64,000 nucleotides of DNA, from positions 118,420,001 to 118,484,000 of the forward strand of contig NW_026262679.1 of the NCBI RefSeq assembly GCF_021869535.1, in the 5' to 3' direction. Source of the stretch: Mytilus californianus. Taxonomy: Eukaryota. Below are positions 1-12,357 of this stretch, piece after piece. The notes beneath the pieces are model-generated. The model did no database searches. It had not been told where the DNA came from and worked only from the letters and a program-made list of their open reading frames with translations. The position numbers were made by a program, and so were the translations under genes. Every line of letters starts with the position of its first letter. The stretch's first letter is position 1.

Positions 1-1
1 T

Positions 2-556
2 ATACTGAAATGTAAATCTCAAATGAACGGTCCTGTAAAAGACACAATGTCTGACAAAAGCAGTTTGAATGGCAGTCTGACTAGGAATACTAGCTATGTT
101 TTTAAGTTGGGAAAATATTATGATGACATTAATGCAGACATTTTTTCTGATGAGCCTTCTCCTATTTTAAATCCAATAATTGGTGAATCTGTGATAAAAC
201 TGTGGAGCCAGTGTTACCTAAGATGGCAGACCCCGGCACAGATTGTAGGGGGAGGTAACCCCGCTCAGTATTTTCAACAATGTATCATGATGGAAGAAAT
301 TATCCACCTCCAACATAGACTGTCGTCACTGAATTCCAAGTGTCATCAACGTAGACCGAGTAGTAATCTTATTTTTAGTTCAGACAAACCGAAGGACCAA
401 CATGATAATATGTTGGACAGTACTTATTTGACTTCATCATTTCCATTTTCTTCGGGTCCGAGAGCACAGAACAAACCATCGTTAATTTTTACACCTATAA
501 GTGTCTACTTACAGAACAGTGCGATCGACAATGATTACAGAGATTCTGAAGATTAA
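2..556 (+). CDS. Terminal coding exon of a myotubularin-related protein of the MTMR10/11/12 group (3-PAP-type C-terminus); 5' part lies outside the window
   Basis: Frame is open from base 2 (ILKCKSQM...) to TAA 554-556. The segment ILNPIIGESVIKLWSQCYLRWQTPAQIVGGGNPAQYFQQCIMMEEIIHLQHRL...SSFPFS resembles the recalled MTMR12/MTMR10 C-terminus (IKVWAQRYLRWIPEAQILGGG...MMEEVQSLQEKI...SSLFPF). A long AT-rich 3'UTR-like tract follows. Confidence 0.75.
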   Translation: MLKCKSQMNGPVKDTMSDKSSLNGSLTRNTSYVFKLGKYYDDINADIFSDEPSPILNPIIGESVIKLWSQCYLRWQTPAQIVGGGNPAQYFQQCIMMEEIIHLQHRLSSLNSKCHQRRPSSNLIFSSDKPKDQHDNMLDSTYLTSSFPFSSGPRAQNKPSLIFTPISVYLQNSAIDNDYRDSED

Positions 557-625
557 ACTGTACTAATTATCTCCTCTTGATTGCAGAGATTCTGAAGATT
601 AAAAAAGTACTAATTATCTCCCCTT
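533..625 (+). repeat. 46-bp tandem duplication spanning the MTMR stop codon
   Basis: gattacagagattctgaagattaaactgtactaattatctcctctt at 533 recurs as gattgcagagattctgaagattaaaaaagtactaattatctcccctt at 579. Confidence 0.85.
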
Positions 626-1422
626 TCATAGATTTTATTCAGTAGGACTTTTGTAGCAAAATAATGTATTTAGTGGGAGGATATGATTTTCATTTTGTTT
701 GCAAAACATGCAAATTGGATACCGGTATATTTTGATATTTTAAAGGGACATTATATTAAACAAACATTCATTATTTTCAACAGCTCTCTAAGAGTTAATT
801 CTGGGTATAAAATTTTTGTCAGACATATTGAATTTCAAATTTTATTGAAATAGGCAAACTTTAGTGGTGAAATACAGTTCATTTTCATTGAAATCGATAT
901 TGTCTGATCTTATACCTTTGTTCTGTATACCAATATAGAGAAAGTTTTGATTTATTTAAAGATTTGTAGAATCTGGTGGAAAGGGGGAGTAACTACAATT
1001 ATTTCATTTTACAATTGATTGTTGTAGACAGTTACATATTAAGGTATACAGAATTATTAAAAAAAGTTTTAAGAAAATGCTATTTCAAAATTCAGTTATC
1101 CTTTCTTTTTTCTTTTCACATAATGATAATTTTTGATTTACCAATGAATTCCTAACAAAATGAGTTAACTTTGCATAAATATGAGCTTTAAAACAAATTT
1201 ATATTTTTATAACAACTTTTTTTAGCAAAATTTGTAAGCAAATTTATAATTTTTGTTTAGAAGCTGAGGTGCATGAAACTTAGGTCAAAGTGATTGTAGG
1301 CATCCAGAATCATGGATAGATAAGTGAGAAATCCCATTTACACAGATTTTTGTACTAAATATAGTACACTTTCTACCATCCAGGTCCTTTAAAAAATATT
1401 CATACATTTTAAAACCTCATAT

Positions 1423-1637
1423 TACAAAGGGAGGTATGATAAAACCCCCTTTTTCTCTCAGATATTAGTATTTATATTTTGAATTTTGTCTTACAGATTA
1501 GCATTAGGGCTTCAAAATTCTTACATTTATTGCAAAACATCATGAACTGCCAAAGTAGCCTTATTTGAGATCTTGTCATATCATTTTTGTAATTTCAGGG
1601 GTCAAAAAATAGTTCTTATCATACCTCATCCTTTGTA
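1423..1637. mobile_element. Small MITE-like element with imperfect TIRs and TA ends
   Basis: Left tacaaagggaggtatgataaaac; right end reverse-complements to tacaaaggatgaggtatgataagaac. Confidence 0.5.
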
Positions 1638-2557
1638 GCCAAGATGAAAAAAAATTAACTCACACATTCCAATTGTAGTTTTTATATTTTTGAACAGAAT
1701 GATTCAAAAGAATGATAAAAAATACACTGTTTTATCCAAATCAAGCTCAAAATTGATTGGATGAATCTGTTCAGGCTGTTTGAGTTTACTATGCTTGTTT
1801 TCCCTCCAGACAATTCCATAAAATCAGGAATTAGTTTGAAATTTGCAAATTTATATTAATATTGTTTGTTTCAAGGTTCATTGTTACATCATAAACATTT
1901 TGCATCATAAATTAAAGTGAAGATGTCATGTAATTAATTGATCCCCATATTATCAGTATATGTGGATTGAACAATGTACGACATGCATACAGTTATTCTT
2001 TTGATTGTTCAAAGTGTGTTATTTTCTAGTACATTGTGAAACAATCTTTCTTTATTCTAGTTGAATATAGAAAAAAAGTCATGTTATTATTCTGTAATCG
2101 TTTGCAGTTATTTCATTTTATGGGATTTTTTTTATTTAAAAGTTACAAGTCACATATGTAAGCAAGAATTAGAATATTTCCACTATGTTCAGTATAGTTC
2201 AGTTGTAGACCATGTTTCTTTTACACTAGGGGTTCATCTTAAAGGATTTGAATAGCTGATATTAAAAAACTAATCTCTTCTTAAATGTACTCATTGGATC
2301 TAAGTTAAACTGTTATGGTTTTCTATCTTATGTGTAGTTATGTATTGTCCACAATGGATTCTACAAAACAGGTTTAAGATGAAAATGTAAAATGGCTGTA
2401 ATAGAACCAACCCACTAATTATGCTTTCAAAAATAAGGTCAGGGTGATACCCTACAATGGATACTTAGTCTTTCTGGTAACAGTTTGCTTGAAATAACTC
2501 AACAGCATTTTATTCTACCTGCATTGCTATTGTTAGATGGGACAGTCTGAAACTTAA

Positions 2558-3250
2558 AGGGGCATTAGCTACGAGATATAAAAAACTAAACTATTATTTT
2601 TTTTTGTTCAATCATTTAAGAAAGTGAAATAATGAAATAATAATTCGCTTTTAACAACCAGATTGGTTCAGTTTCGTCAAAATAAGCAAAGAAACATCGC
2701 TAATGATATATATTCACTTGCAAGTGAATAAGTCGACCTCGTTGAATCCGTATTCATGTGAACTTTAATTGATCCCTATAGCTAGAGATAGGTTACACAT
2801 AAACTAGGCGTGTTCAGCTATTAAATGGAAAAGAGTGTAAACATTGAAAGTGAAACAAGGGTAAACCATTTGGTTGACTGATTTGATCTCGCAAAACTCA
2901 TTCTTATACAGGTAGAAATGATTATTAACATATTTATTTATCCTATAATATGAAATCACACAGACCTAAAAAAATCCAATTGCATGAGTTCGCAATTTAT
3001 TTATATCTATGTTTATGTTTATATCAGGTTATATGACTGTCAGCAGTCTACAAAGGTCACCTTGATGGTTAATTAGAAAGCATCTAGACTAAAATACACA
3101 CAAAATGCTGATACATACTATCGAGTCTATGCATCGTAAATTGATTATTTTAGACTTTTTATAATTTGAATATCCGTTTAAGTATGTTATGAGTCGAATA
3201 TGAGAATTTGAGTCAAATCGGTGAACATAAATTTGACAGCTAATGCCCCT
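2558..3250. mobile_element. Non-autonomous DNA transposon with TTAA target duplication (Kolobok-like AG...CT termini)
   Basis: ttaa|aggggcattagct ... agctaatgcccct|ttaa: 13-bp perfect TIR, TTAA at 2554-2557 and 3251-3254, no ORF inside. Confidence 0.8.
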
Positions 3251-3869
3251 TTAAGTGATTGAAATAATTGTTTTGAGCACTGAGCCAATTTATCATTTTG
3301 ATATTTATTTCCATTTATGTTTGTTTAGGTGCTATTAGATATCCTTAGTTATTTTAGTGATGATTTAGTTTATTTAAGTGTATTGTATTTGGAGAATGTA
3401 AATAACCCTGTTAAAATATTTTGTTATTCAAGAGTACCGGGTACTAAAACATCCCTATTTTAAATTTACATTGACCCATGGAAAATGTAATCGCTGGGTA
3501 TTAAATTTTAGTGATTTTTTTCTCCTATATGACTTTGGGTATAAACCATATGATAAAATAAAGATGTTTATAAAGGTGTTATGCATTAGTATTTATACAA
3601 TGAAAATGGTCATATTTTCACATTTTAAATGTAAGCACATTGTGTATTATTATTTATAATCATGTACATGTTTATGATAAAACAATAATATATTTTATAT
3701 TTTGTTTCTGTTGATCAGTTACTTATTCTCATTTAAAGTTAATTATTTATGTAAAAAAATAAACCATTTTTGTGGTATGATAAATAAAAAAATATAATGA
3801 AATTGTGGACAATTTAAGTTCCCAGGCTATGTTCAATTTTTGCATCATATAGTATCCATCGTATAGTAC

Positions 3870-5152
3870 CTGAGAAAGAAATGTAACCTTGGAAACTTAA
3901 CATTAACAAATGAACAATGAATATGAGGACAAGGTCAAATGAACCCTGTCAGACAGACATGTACACCAAACTATCTGTCCATACACCAAATAAAGTGGCC
4001 CTATTGCTTATAGTATCTGAGAAATAGACCCAACCACAAAAACTTTGTCCAATGAACCAAGAAAAAGGACAAGGTCAAATGAAACCTGCTAGACCGACAT
4101 GTGCACCCTAAAATCAAACCATACACCAAATACAGCTGATTTATTGCTTATGGTGTAACACCACTAATTCGGGCCCGGCCAGAAAGCACATACCAGAAAG
4201 TAGTACATATTTAACACAAAATAGTTCCTACGCATGAGTGTAACTTTCAAAATATGTAGAATATTTAGGCATTTTTGGTATGGAATGAAAGCTGAATGAC
4301 TGGTGATCATTGTAGAACACTTTTTGACTTATAATTTTGAATCTTAAAAAAACTGCATCAAATTTAAAAAAGAGGGTACATTTTGCCCGTTTGTCAGATC
4401 TGAAGTACCTGTTTTGGTACATCCGAAGGTCCGGGAACCAGTTCTTTCTTATATGCCATTAAAGGTATGTTGATTTTTTCAGTACAAGGCACCATGAAGT
4501 GTTGCTTTGACATGCAATGATTGTCACTTTATTTGAACTTAAAAGAGCTGTGCCTGCTTGAAATTGAGGAATTTAACATAGAAAGCAATGGGGCCATGAA
4601 TTAGTGGTGTACTTCCTTATAGTATCTGAGAAATAGACCAAACCACAAAAACTTAACATGGACCTTTAACCATAAAAATGAGGTCAAGGTCAGTTGAAAC
4701 CTGACAGACAGACACATTCATTTTACAATCATCCCATACACCAAATATAGTTGAGCTACTAGTATTGCTTTTAGTATCAGAGACACAGACAAGAACACAA
4801 ACCCTTAACCTTGATCACTAATCCATTAAATGAGGTCACATTCAGGTGAACCCTATTAGATGGACATGTAGACTCTGCAAAGATTCCATCTATATAGTTA
4901 CTCAAAATAAGTTAGAAATTCAGGTTAAAAAACAACTATACAGTTTTTAAGCAGGCGCTGAACCATGAATATGAGGTCAAGCACAATGGACATGACAGAC
5001 TGAAACTATATAAGGCATTTGTATAAGAGGTATGAAGTAGCCAGGTATTCTACCTTCTGAAATATAAAACTTTATACAAATATAAGTAACGCTACCTTGG
5101 GATTAGCATCCCGTTGTCTAGCATTCTGGGACTTTTGTCACAGGCGAAAAAA
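3870..5152 (-). mobile_element. HINE-like (Helentron-associated) element with ~145-bp internal tandem units, interrupted by a MITE
   Basis: Repeated aatgaggtcaaggtca...gacagacatgtacac...caccaaatatag...ctattgct units, the reverse complement of the 55.4-59.2 kb array. Boundaries approximate. Confidence 0.7.
4158..4610. mobile_element. MITE inserted into the HINE array
   Basis: 13-bp TIR acaccactaattc (4158) / gaattagtggtgt (4598-4610); the array motif ttattgctta...tagtatctgag resumes after it. Confidence 0.65.
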
Positions 5153-7340
5153 ACAGATTGATGAATAACTGCCAGAGATAACTTGCATGCATCTAGAATT
5201 GTAATGAGGGGTATAAACCTTGAATTGTCATATTTAGCATGTTAGTAATTAAAAGATTGGGTTTCTTCCGTGTTTGTATGAACTAAAGTTTGTGTTTGGT
5301 TATACTTAAATGAGACATCAGTTTCTATACAACATGTTAAACACCAGACTTACTAATAAACAAACATCATTTAGGTATAAATAAGGTCAACCTTGACTAG
5401 ATTCTTGATTTGGGATAGACGCATGAACATGACCCAGTATTGTGGCTGGATTTAACTTTATTCCTGAGCGCTCAACCCTCGACTGCTTTAGTTCTCGATA
5501 AGTTGAATAACAAAGGGTACATAATAGAAGTTTCCAAAAAGATTACCCAACCTTTTAATGACTTAACGAATACACAGGTACATGGAAAACAATTTAAATA
5601 ATACCTATTAAAAACTTGCAAAAAGCAAATCAAAATACTATTCAACTAGTATTGAAATCACACCGGTCTTTCTCTAATATCAGTGACTGTACCTGGAGTT
5701 AATTTCGTGCAAATCGTAATTAACATTGCAGGTAGAAACGATCATTTGCAGTGTCCAAAATTGACTTTTGTACAGCATTTAAATACAGAAAAAAATCAAA
5801 TGAAAGTAGCATTTTATTGTTGTTTCTCACTATAAATATGCATATTGATATACTTCTAAAAACAAAAAAACAAGACGCAATCGTTTGACAGTAGTAGCGT
5901 AATTGAAATCTTGATCAATAAATCTATAAGAATAAAAAAAAACCTTGCAAATCGGAACCATATCGGAAGCATATATACTCCATAACGAAGGAGACAACTG
6001 AACACCAGTGACATCAAGGAAAAGAAAACTAATAATAGGAAAGTAAAAGTCGTCCCGTGTGTCATGAATTTTAGTTGTAGGATAATCTTAAGAAATTTTA
6101 TCATCGAGGTCTAAAAACGGCAACCACCACTTTTTACGTTGCATTTAGTAAGAATAAGTTCAGTTAGGCAAATGTCAATAGTATATTCAGAAAAATCTAG
6201 AACGAGCGATTACATGTAAGTTGTCTTAACGTCTGTGGGTATTGTTGAAAATATCTATCGAGCTGTGTTTCGTTTGACATTTCTGAGATTTAACAAAACA
6301 AAACTTTTGCAATTGATATTACTGAGATGCAGAGTGAGTCTATATTGCAATACCAAACACTTACAGGAATGCTTCATAAAAAACGAAAATGAATATCACC
6401 AAACAAAATTGAAGTGGCTTTGCTAGTGTGAACGGGGTCTTAGATTCATCATTTAACAAGGCGTTGTTATGACAAAATATAGATACGTCAAGATTTATCT
6501 TAAGACTATTATTTCATTAAGTATGAAAATGTCTGTGTAATATTATGTGGAAGTGTTGTTTGAGTGGATACATCAAAACAATGGAGACCAACTGGCCATC
6601 AGAGAAACGTAGCTTACCCAAGACCTCAAACGAATTTGTAGCACTCTAGAAATAGTTAATATACCGCTGTTAACGTAAGCTTTGTAAACAAATTGTTGAT
6701 GAGTTCCTTAACATCTGTAAGAGCACTAGTCAGAAGAACTTAAAAGACTTATTGCTGGTCGAACATTTAATGGATGCATACATAACTCGAAATTTGTCAG
6801 GTTTCTTTTTTTAATTTCGGACGCCTATACATAGTGGATATCTTGTAATGTTACGTCTTGGCTTGCAGTTTAGATGTAGTCGACCTTTTCTATAAAAAGA
6901 AAATGTTACTGAGGCGCACTTCCCTGAAAATACTAAGATTATAAAAGGAATAGGATATATGGTTGCCATCTTAGATGATGAATAGTCTTGCTATTAACGA
7001 TTGGAAGGTGAGCAAATGCTGAATTTGCTGTCAATAATAAAAACTACTAATCAACAATATTATAGATGAAATGTTCAATTTTCATAATCACTTTCATATT
7101 AAAGTAAATTTTGGTGGCAATTTTTTCTTGTTTTCGTATTCAGTTTTCTTGTTTGGTCTTAATAATAATAATAATGATGATGATTTATTTTATTATAATA
7201 AGTTTATAAACAGTCAACACATTTACTTACCATGCATTCTTCATAAGCACGCGTCTTATAATAACCGTTTCACAGATGATATCGAATATGTTCCTTATGT
7301 CGTAACTACAACACCCTTCCCTTTTCACGAATGTGAACTA

Positions 7341-7610
7341 CCGAATTAGACTATTTACCGGATTTGTAATAACATAAGCAACACGACGGGTGCCACATGT
7401 GGAGCAGGATCTGCTTATCCTTCCGGAGCACCTGAGATCACCCCCAGTTTTTGGTGGGGTTCGTGTTGCCTAGTCTTTAGTTTTCTATGTTGTGTCATCT
7501 GTACTATTATTTGTCTGTTTGTCTTTTTATTTTTGGCCATGGCGTTGTCAGTTTGTTTTCGATCTATGAGTTTGACTGTCCCTCTGGTATCTTTCGTCCC
7601 TCTTTTATAG
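7341..7610 (+). repeat. Abundant interspersed repeat family A (further copies ~39320-39550 + and ~52690-52945 -)
   Basis: Core ggagcaggatctgcttatccttccggagcacctgagatcacccccagtttttggtggggttcgtgttgc occurs three times in the window in both orientations. Confidence 0.85.
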
Positions 7611-7928
7611 AAGCACTGCTCTTGAAACTGAAGATTTTGGCAATAAGTTTTTGATAAAAAGTTCAACAAAGTCTTGAAGGCAAATACGAAAAACAAATGT
7701 CTTCGGATTGTCTCCCATTACAAATTATTTTCACTTGACGTCCCCAAAAATTTTGTTCATGTTCAACAACCATAACTGTATCGATCGTTGAAACGAAAAC
7801 ACATGACTAATATTTAGGTCTTTAAAGTTTTGAAAATTTAAATTTAAATGTTCAACATGTAGGTGTTAGTTAAGGATTGCCTAATCATACATATATAGTG
7901 AATTCTGACATACTAGTTCAGAAGAATA

Positions 7929-7983
7929 ATGTCGTGGAGGTATACCTATAGTTCTGGGATAGAACCTCGATCCTCATTAACAG
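7929..7983 (+). CDS. Candidate first coding exon of the TPR gene (MSWRYTYSSGIEPRSSLT, phase 1)
   Basis: ATG at 7929, 18 codons plus 1 nt, ending at a consensus donor CAG|GTAAGT (7983/7984). Phase 1 matches the 19211 acceptor (G|AT = Asp), giving a continuous frame. Support is by phase only. Confidence 0.45.
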
Positions 7984-8291
7984 GTAAGTAATACGTTTCT
8001 CATTGATTGACCAAAAATGTGTTACTTTTATTATGAATAGATTGTACTTTGATAATGCTTTGTACATTTATGTACTATCAAATTGTTTGTATGTCATTGT
8101 ACATGTGTTAAGGTATTTTCGTGTTATCAATTGTTCTATAAATACTCAATAGAGTTCCTATTCATAAACTACACTTTGAATAGCAAAAAGCTTTTTGCAT
8201 TTAACACCCCCATCATTTTTGTTTGGAACTATAATATTATTAGTCCTGCGTTGGTTTTATTCAACATGTTCAAATATTGAAAGTGATCTCC

Positions 8292-9571
8292 TATCTCCTA
8301 CTTTTTATATTCAGCACATACACTATTCCTGTCAAGTTCAACCAGACATCCTAATGAACTTAAGATTTAACTTTATTAATCTTAAAGCTTTAACCAAAGT
8401 CCTTCTAGATGCAACGCAACGGTTATAACTTGCAATTCCAAACTTCATACAATCGACAAGACTTAAATGTAAGTTCTTTATAAGTGCTCACAGATAGCCT
8501 GAACCGACTTGAATGTAAACACTAGCATATCAGACACCCTTACACTCCTTGCATGGTTATATGTGACGGTGGTGATATTTCATACCAGCATGAGGATACC
8601 CCAAGAACAGTTTGATATGCACACTAATAGACGAATACTAAGCACCAAAAAGTCACTCTCATTAATTTTATTTCCACATTGTTCTTTCAAGAAAACCTTT
8701 ACACACAAGGATATGTTTACAGTCAGACAAGCAAGCATTTACTAGAATTAAAACCACGTGACACAACCTCTATCAGTCGACTTGTTCTAAAACAGGTTTA
8801 ATGACAATAATTACATTAACGGGATCATAAAATATGTAACAATTTTCAAAATAATTTTTCTTCGTTTCCTGATGACCAATAGTCCACGACAATTTTAACT
8901 TCCATCAGCCCCGCACAACCAAACCAACGTATCCGGATGTCACGAATATATTTGTATATTCCCAAAGTTATATCAGAGATATGGATCACATAAAACAATA
9001 TCAAGAGCATAACACCTATTCTGGAACAGGTATCATAAGAACTCCCTTTTAATGGGAGATTTTCTGACTAAAAAAGTGTGATCTTTGCTATCAAGTCTCG
9101 TTATTCAGTTGAACTAAATTCCCCTATCTGAATAACTATGAACTATATTGCCTAAGCGATTGTATTCCTACCAAGATGTGACAGGTCCAATTTTCCGGAA
9201 AGAGATGAAGACTGAACTATCTAACAAAGTGCGGAAAAAACCTCGATAGCAGTCTGGTGTTTCAAGGAGCGAAATTAGAAACTTTCACTATGCCTTTCAC
9301 TTGTCTAGAAGTTTCGAAGATAGAATATAATTTTTTAAACAGGAACTCATTAAGCCATTTTAGGATATGCTATCAGTACTTCGTCGAATGTTCGGTTCAA
9401 TAGATTACAGAGAACATAATAGAATTTATCAAACAAACTTGGTTGTATGAAGTCTGAAGTTCTTTGGTCTATAGAGTATAGTTATCTTATTGGCAATCAT
9501 TCCGTATCTCCTAATTTTTATATTCAGCACATACACTATTCCTGCCAAGTTCAACCAGACATCCTACTGAA
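8292..9571 (+). repeat. Pair of 67-bp direct repeats (8292-8358 and 9505-9571), 1213 bp apart
   Basis: tatctcctac/atttttatattcagcacatacactattcctgt/ccaagttcaaccagacatccta a/c tgaa; 3 mismatches in 67 bp. Confidence 0.85.
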
Positions 9572-10953
9572 TCTTAGTAAAAAAAAATTATACTTTGCAG
9601 TCAATATTTTGATTTGGACGATATCGTTGGATGGTAACCTTTGAACTATTATTTTAACGAAACAATCGTTGTTATGTTTGACTGCATTTATGTGTTTTTA
9701 TTTATATTTTATTTCGTCTATACATGGTCATCATTTCACCTGTAGAAATGTTTGTTATACAAAAACATTAAAATAATAATAAAAAATAATATTAAACCAA
9801 ATCCAGATATATATTAAACATTATCGAAAACCGATTGGTCCCTTCAAATACATTACATATACATTTCATGCTCAAATAGTATTTATAGTATATATAGTTG
9901 CTGTGGGGAATAACTTGACATTATAAAGGAATGAATTACGTACAGGATGATGAGTAACTTACTTTAATAATCTCCATAATTATTTTACAAAAAAATTTGT
10001 GGGAATATATTAATGGAGAAGTATTTTCATAATAAAAAAACAAGTGGAAAACTACTACTGTTCTAATAAAAAACTGTGCACGAAAAAGAATGAAATGAAA
10101 CACGGATCATTCCTTTAACCTTTAATTCGGATTATTATGAAATAAAATTAAAGACCTGCTTAGGAATGTATGCTTAAAAACCTCTTACTTGTGCATGGGA
10201 ATGTAAGGATTTTGTAAAGTAAAAATAACTAATAAGTGACTACAGAATATAGTATTGTGAATAAGAAACATGGATAAGTAGTGATTTGTTTGATACACGT
10301 TCTAATTGGACAAGTTTTATGCGTTTTCCTTTGATGTGATTTTATAAGAGCTTACGGGAGATAATTTAACCATTGACCCGATCAAGTGATGCTTTTAATT
10401 TTGGCTTTAATCCATACCTGAACCTAATGATTGAAATTTATGGAGCATGACTTAAAAAAAATATATGAATTTCTGTGGCCATTAAAGGTTTACTATAATT
10501 ATGAGAGACTGAAAATATTATAAGGCTTTTTCAAGAGCAGACTCTTATGTGATAAGATTTCGAGTGATTTTGCCGAATCTAAATGTCTTCATCAAAAAGA
10601 AATACTAGTTTTACAAACGTGACAAACTTTTCTCGAAATAAAATTGGCTACTGTGTCCAGTTATACAACATTGCCTTCAGATATAACGTTGACAGTTATA
10701 TTTTATTTTCTTAGTGTGCTATTGAAAATCTGAAAAATACAGAGATAAAGAAATATTTAATGGTTTATGTAGCCTAAGTTTGTATTTACAACATAGAAAG
10801 GATTGTGTGTGCACAGACATAAAATTTATGGATGTTTTCGATAATATCCCAATTTTTATAGTCAAATAAGTGTAAGATGAAATGAACATGGCTGACCTAT
10901 ATTATTTTCTCTGATAATGGCGTAACCGAAGTTATAAGTGATCTTGACACAAC

Positions 10954-12357
10954 ATGGGAGATAACTCACTTGACAGAGACAATTCTGAAAATCAAGACAT
11001 TTTTGACAGCAGTGAGGAAGAGGTTATCATAGAGGAATATGAAACCTTCTACGTCCCTCAACATTTACTAACCGAAGATCAGAATTACTCTGAAAAATGT
11101 GACGTGAAATCATCAGCAACTCATCTGGAACAATCTGAACGAAACAAATATGACTGTGATTTAAGAAAAGAGAAAGAGACTTCAAAAATAAAAACCATTA
11201 CCAGAATTGACGAGGAAACAGAAAATGTAGTTATTTTAATACGACCAAGAAGGAGATCTGTGTCTCCAACTGAAGACAAAACCAAAAGTTTTGGAAATAT
11301 TTCTGAATCTTGTGGATGGACAGACAGTGATGTACCAGAAAGCCAAACTTTAAAAAGGGATTTATGCACGACTTCTTCAGGAGAATGTAAATTTAATGTT
11401 CAAGATGATAACACGATTTCCTCTCAAACTTTAGAAAATTATAAAAATGAGAAAAATTCACAGAAAGAAACATACTGTGATAGAAATATTAATGCCAATA
11501 CAGGACCAAACGGCAGCAATTGTTCGAATGGCAACTCAGAAACACCAGAAAATTCCACCTTTTCAACATTTGAGGAAAATTCTCTCCAAGTATCAGTGTT
11601 AAGTGATTTAAATGGAAATGACATTATTACAAGTACTGAAGAAAATTTACCTGACGACGAACTAACATCTAAATATGAGAACCAAGGAGCAAGACCTAAA
11701 ACTATAGCCAACCTGGCAGCTTTAAAAGAAGACACTATTGTGGTTGGAGAAAACGAGGTACAGTGTACAGTTATGAGCAAGTCCTCTTCTAAACCTGGAA
11801 TTTCTAAAGAGGCAAATGAAAAGGTGAAAAAGCTTAAAGAAAATGGACACTATGACATTCTGGTAAAAAACTGTAACGTTCCTGACAAGAAAGGAGTAGT
11901 TAATGATATGGTGAATAGATTGAACATTGATAATTCAAATCAAGAAATAGACGAGGATGACGTCCTTATATGGCAATTAATGAAATCATTAAAAGAAAGG
12001 TCAAACAAAAGTGAAAGTAGACACGATATAAATCAGGATATAAACCCGTCAGATTCGAGTCCTGAAGATAAATGTGACTGGTCATATGAAAAGGCTACGC
12101 TAAGTAAAGACAAATATTTATCAAGGCGTTTACAAACAAAAGAAATTGGACAAGTGAAAGTAATAACTTTTATGTCTCCTGCAAAAGAGAAAGGACATGT
12201 TAAAATTACTCCATTGAAAGTTTCAAGGACACTCCCGTTTAATGTCAAAAATATTTTTCAGCAAAAAATGGAGGAATTGAAAAACAAAAGACGCGTTTGC
12301 TTGACTGGAGGAAAAGAACTCATTTTTACCACAGTAAATATTGATGATCCTTGTTAA
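10954..12357 (+). CDS. Intronless 467-aa protein of unknown function, mostly acidic and Ser/Asn/Thr-rich (probably disordered)
   Basis: 1404-nt open frame in AT-rich DNA where random ORFs are short. In-frame TGA at 10945-10947 fixes the start. No recognisable domain or transposon motif. Confidence 0.7.
   Translation: MGDNSLDRDNSENQDIFDSSEEEVIIEEYETFYVPQHLLTEDQNYSEKCDVKSSATHLEQSERNKYDCDLRKEKETSKIKTITRIDEETENVVILIRPRRRSVSPTEDKTKSFGNISESCGWTDSDVPESQTLKRDLCTTSSGECKFNVQDDNTISSQTLENYKNEKNSQKETYCDRNINANTGPNGSNCSNGNSETPENSTFSTFEENSLQVSVLSDLNGNDIITSTEENLPDDELTSKYENQGARPKTIANLAALKEDTIVVGENEVQCTVMSKSSSKPGISKEANEKVKKLKENGHYDILVKNCNVPDKKGVVNDMVNRLNIDNSNQEIDEDDVLIWQLMKSLKERSNKSESRHDINQDINPSDSSPEDKCDWSYEKATLSKDKYLSRRLQTKEIGQVKVITFMSPAKEKGHVKITPLKVSRTLPFNVKNIFQQKMEELKNKRRVCLTGGKELIFTTVNIDDPC

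Noticed and set aside
295-375. Minus-strand YVDD motif suggesting a reverse transcriptase
   Set aside because: It sits in a ~22-codon frame bounded by stops, antisense to the MTMR exon; a chance match.
6680-6810. Protein-like frame LCKQIVDEFLNICKSTSQKNLKDLLLVEHLMDAYITRNLS as an exon
   Set aside because: Poor acceptor, no partner exons found and no recognisable family; left unannotated.
7415-7696. ORFs such as 7415-7696, 17715-17906, 36531-36767, 39224-39469, 48466-48660, 56119-56417 and 57626-59063
   Set aside because: They fall inside the high-copy interspersed repeats or HINEs described above.
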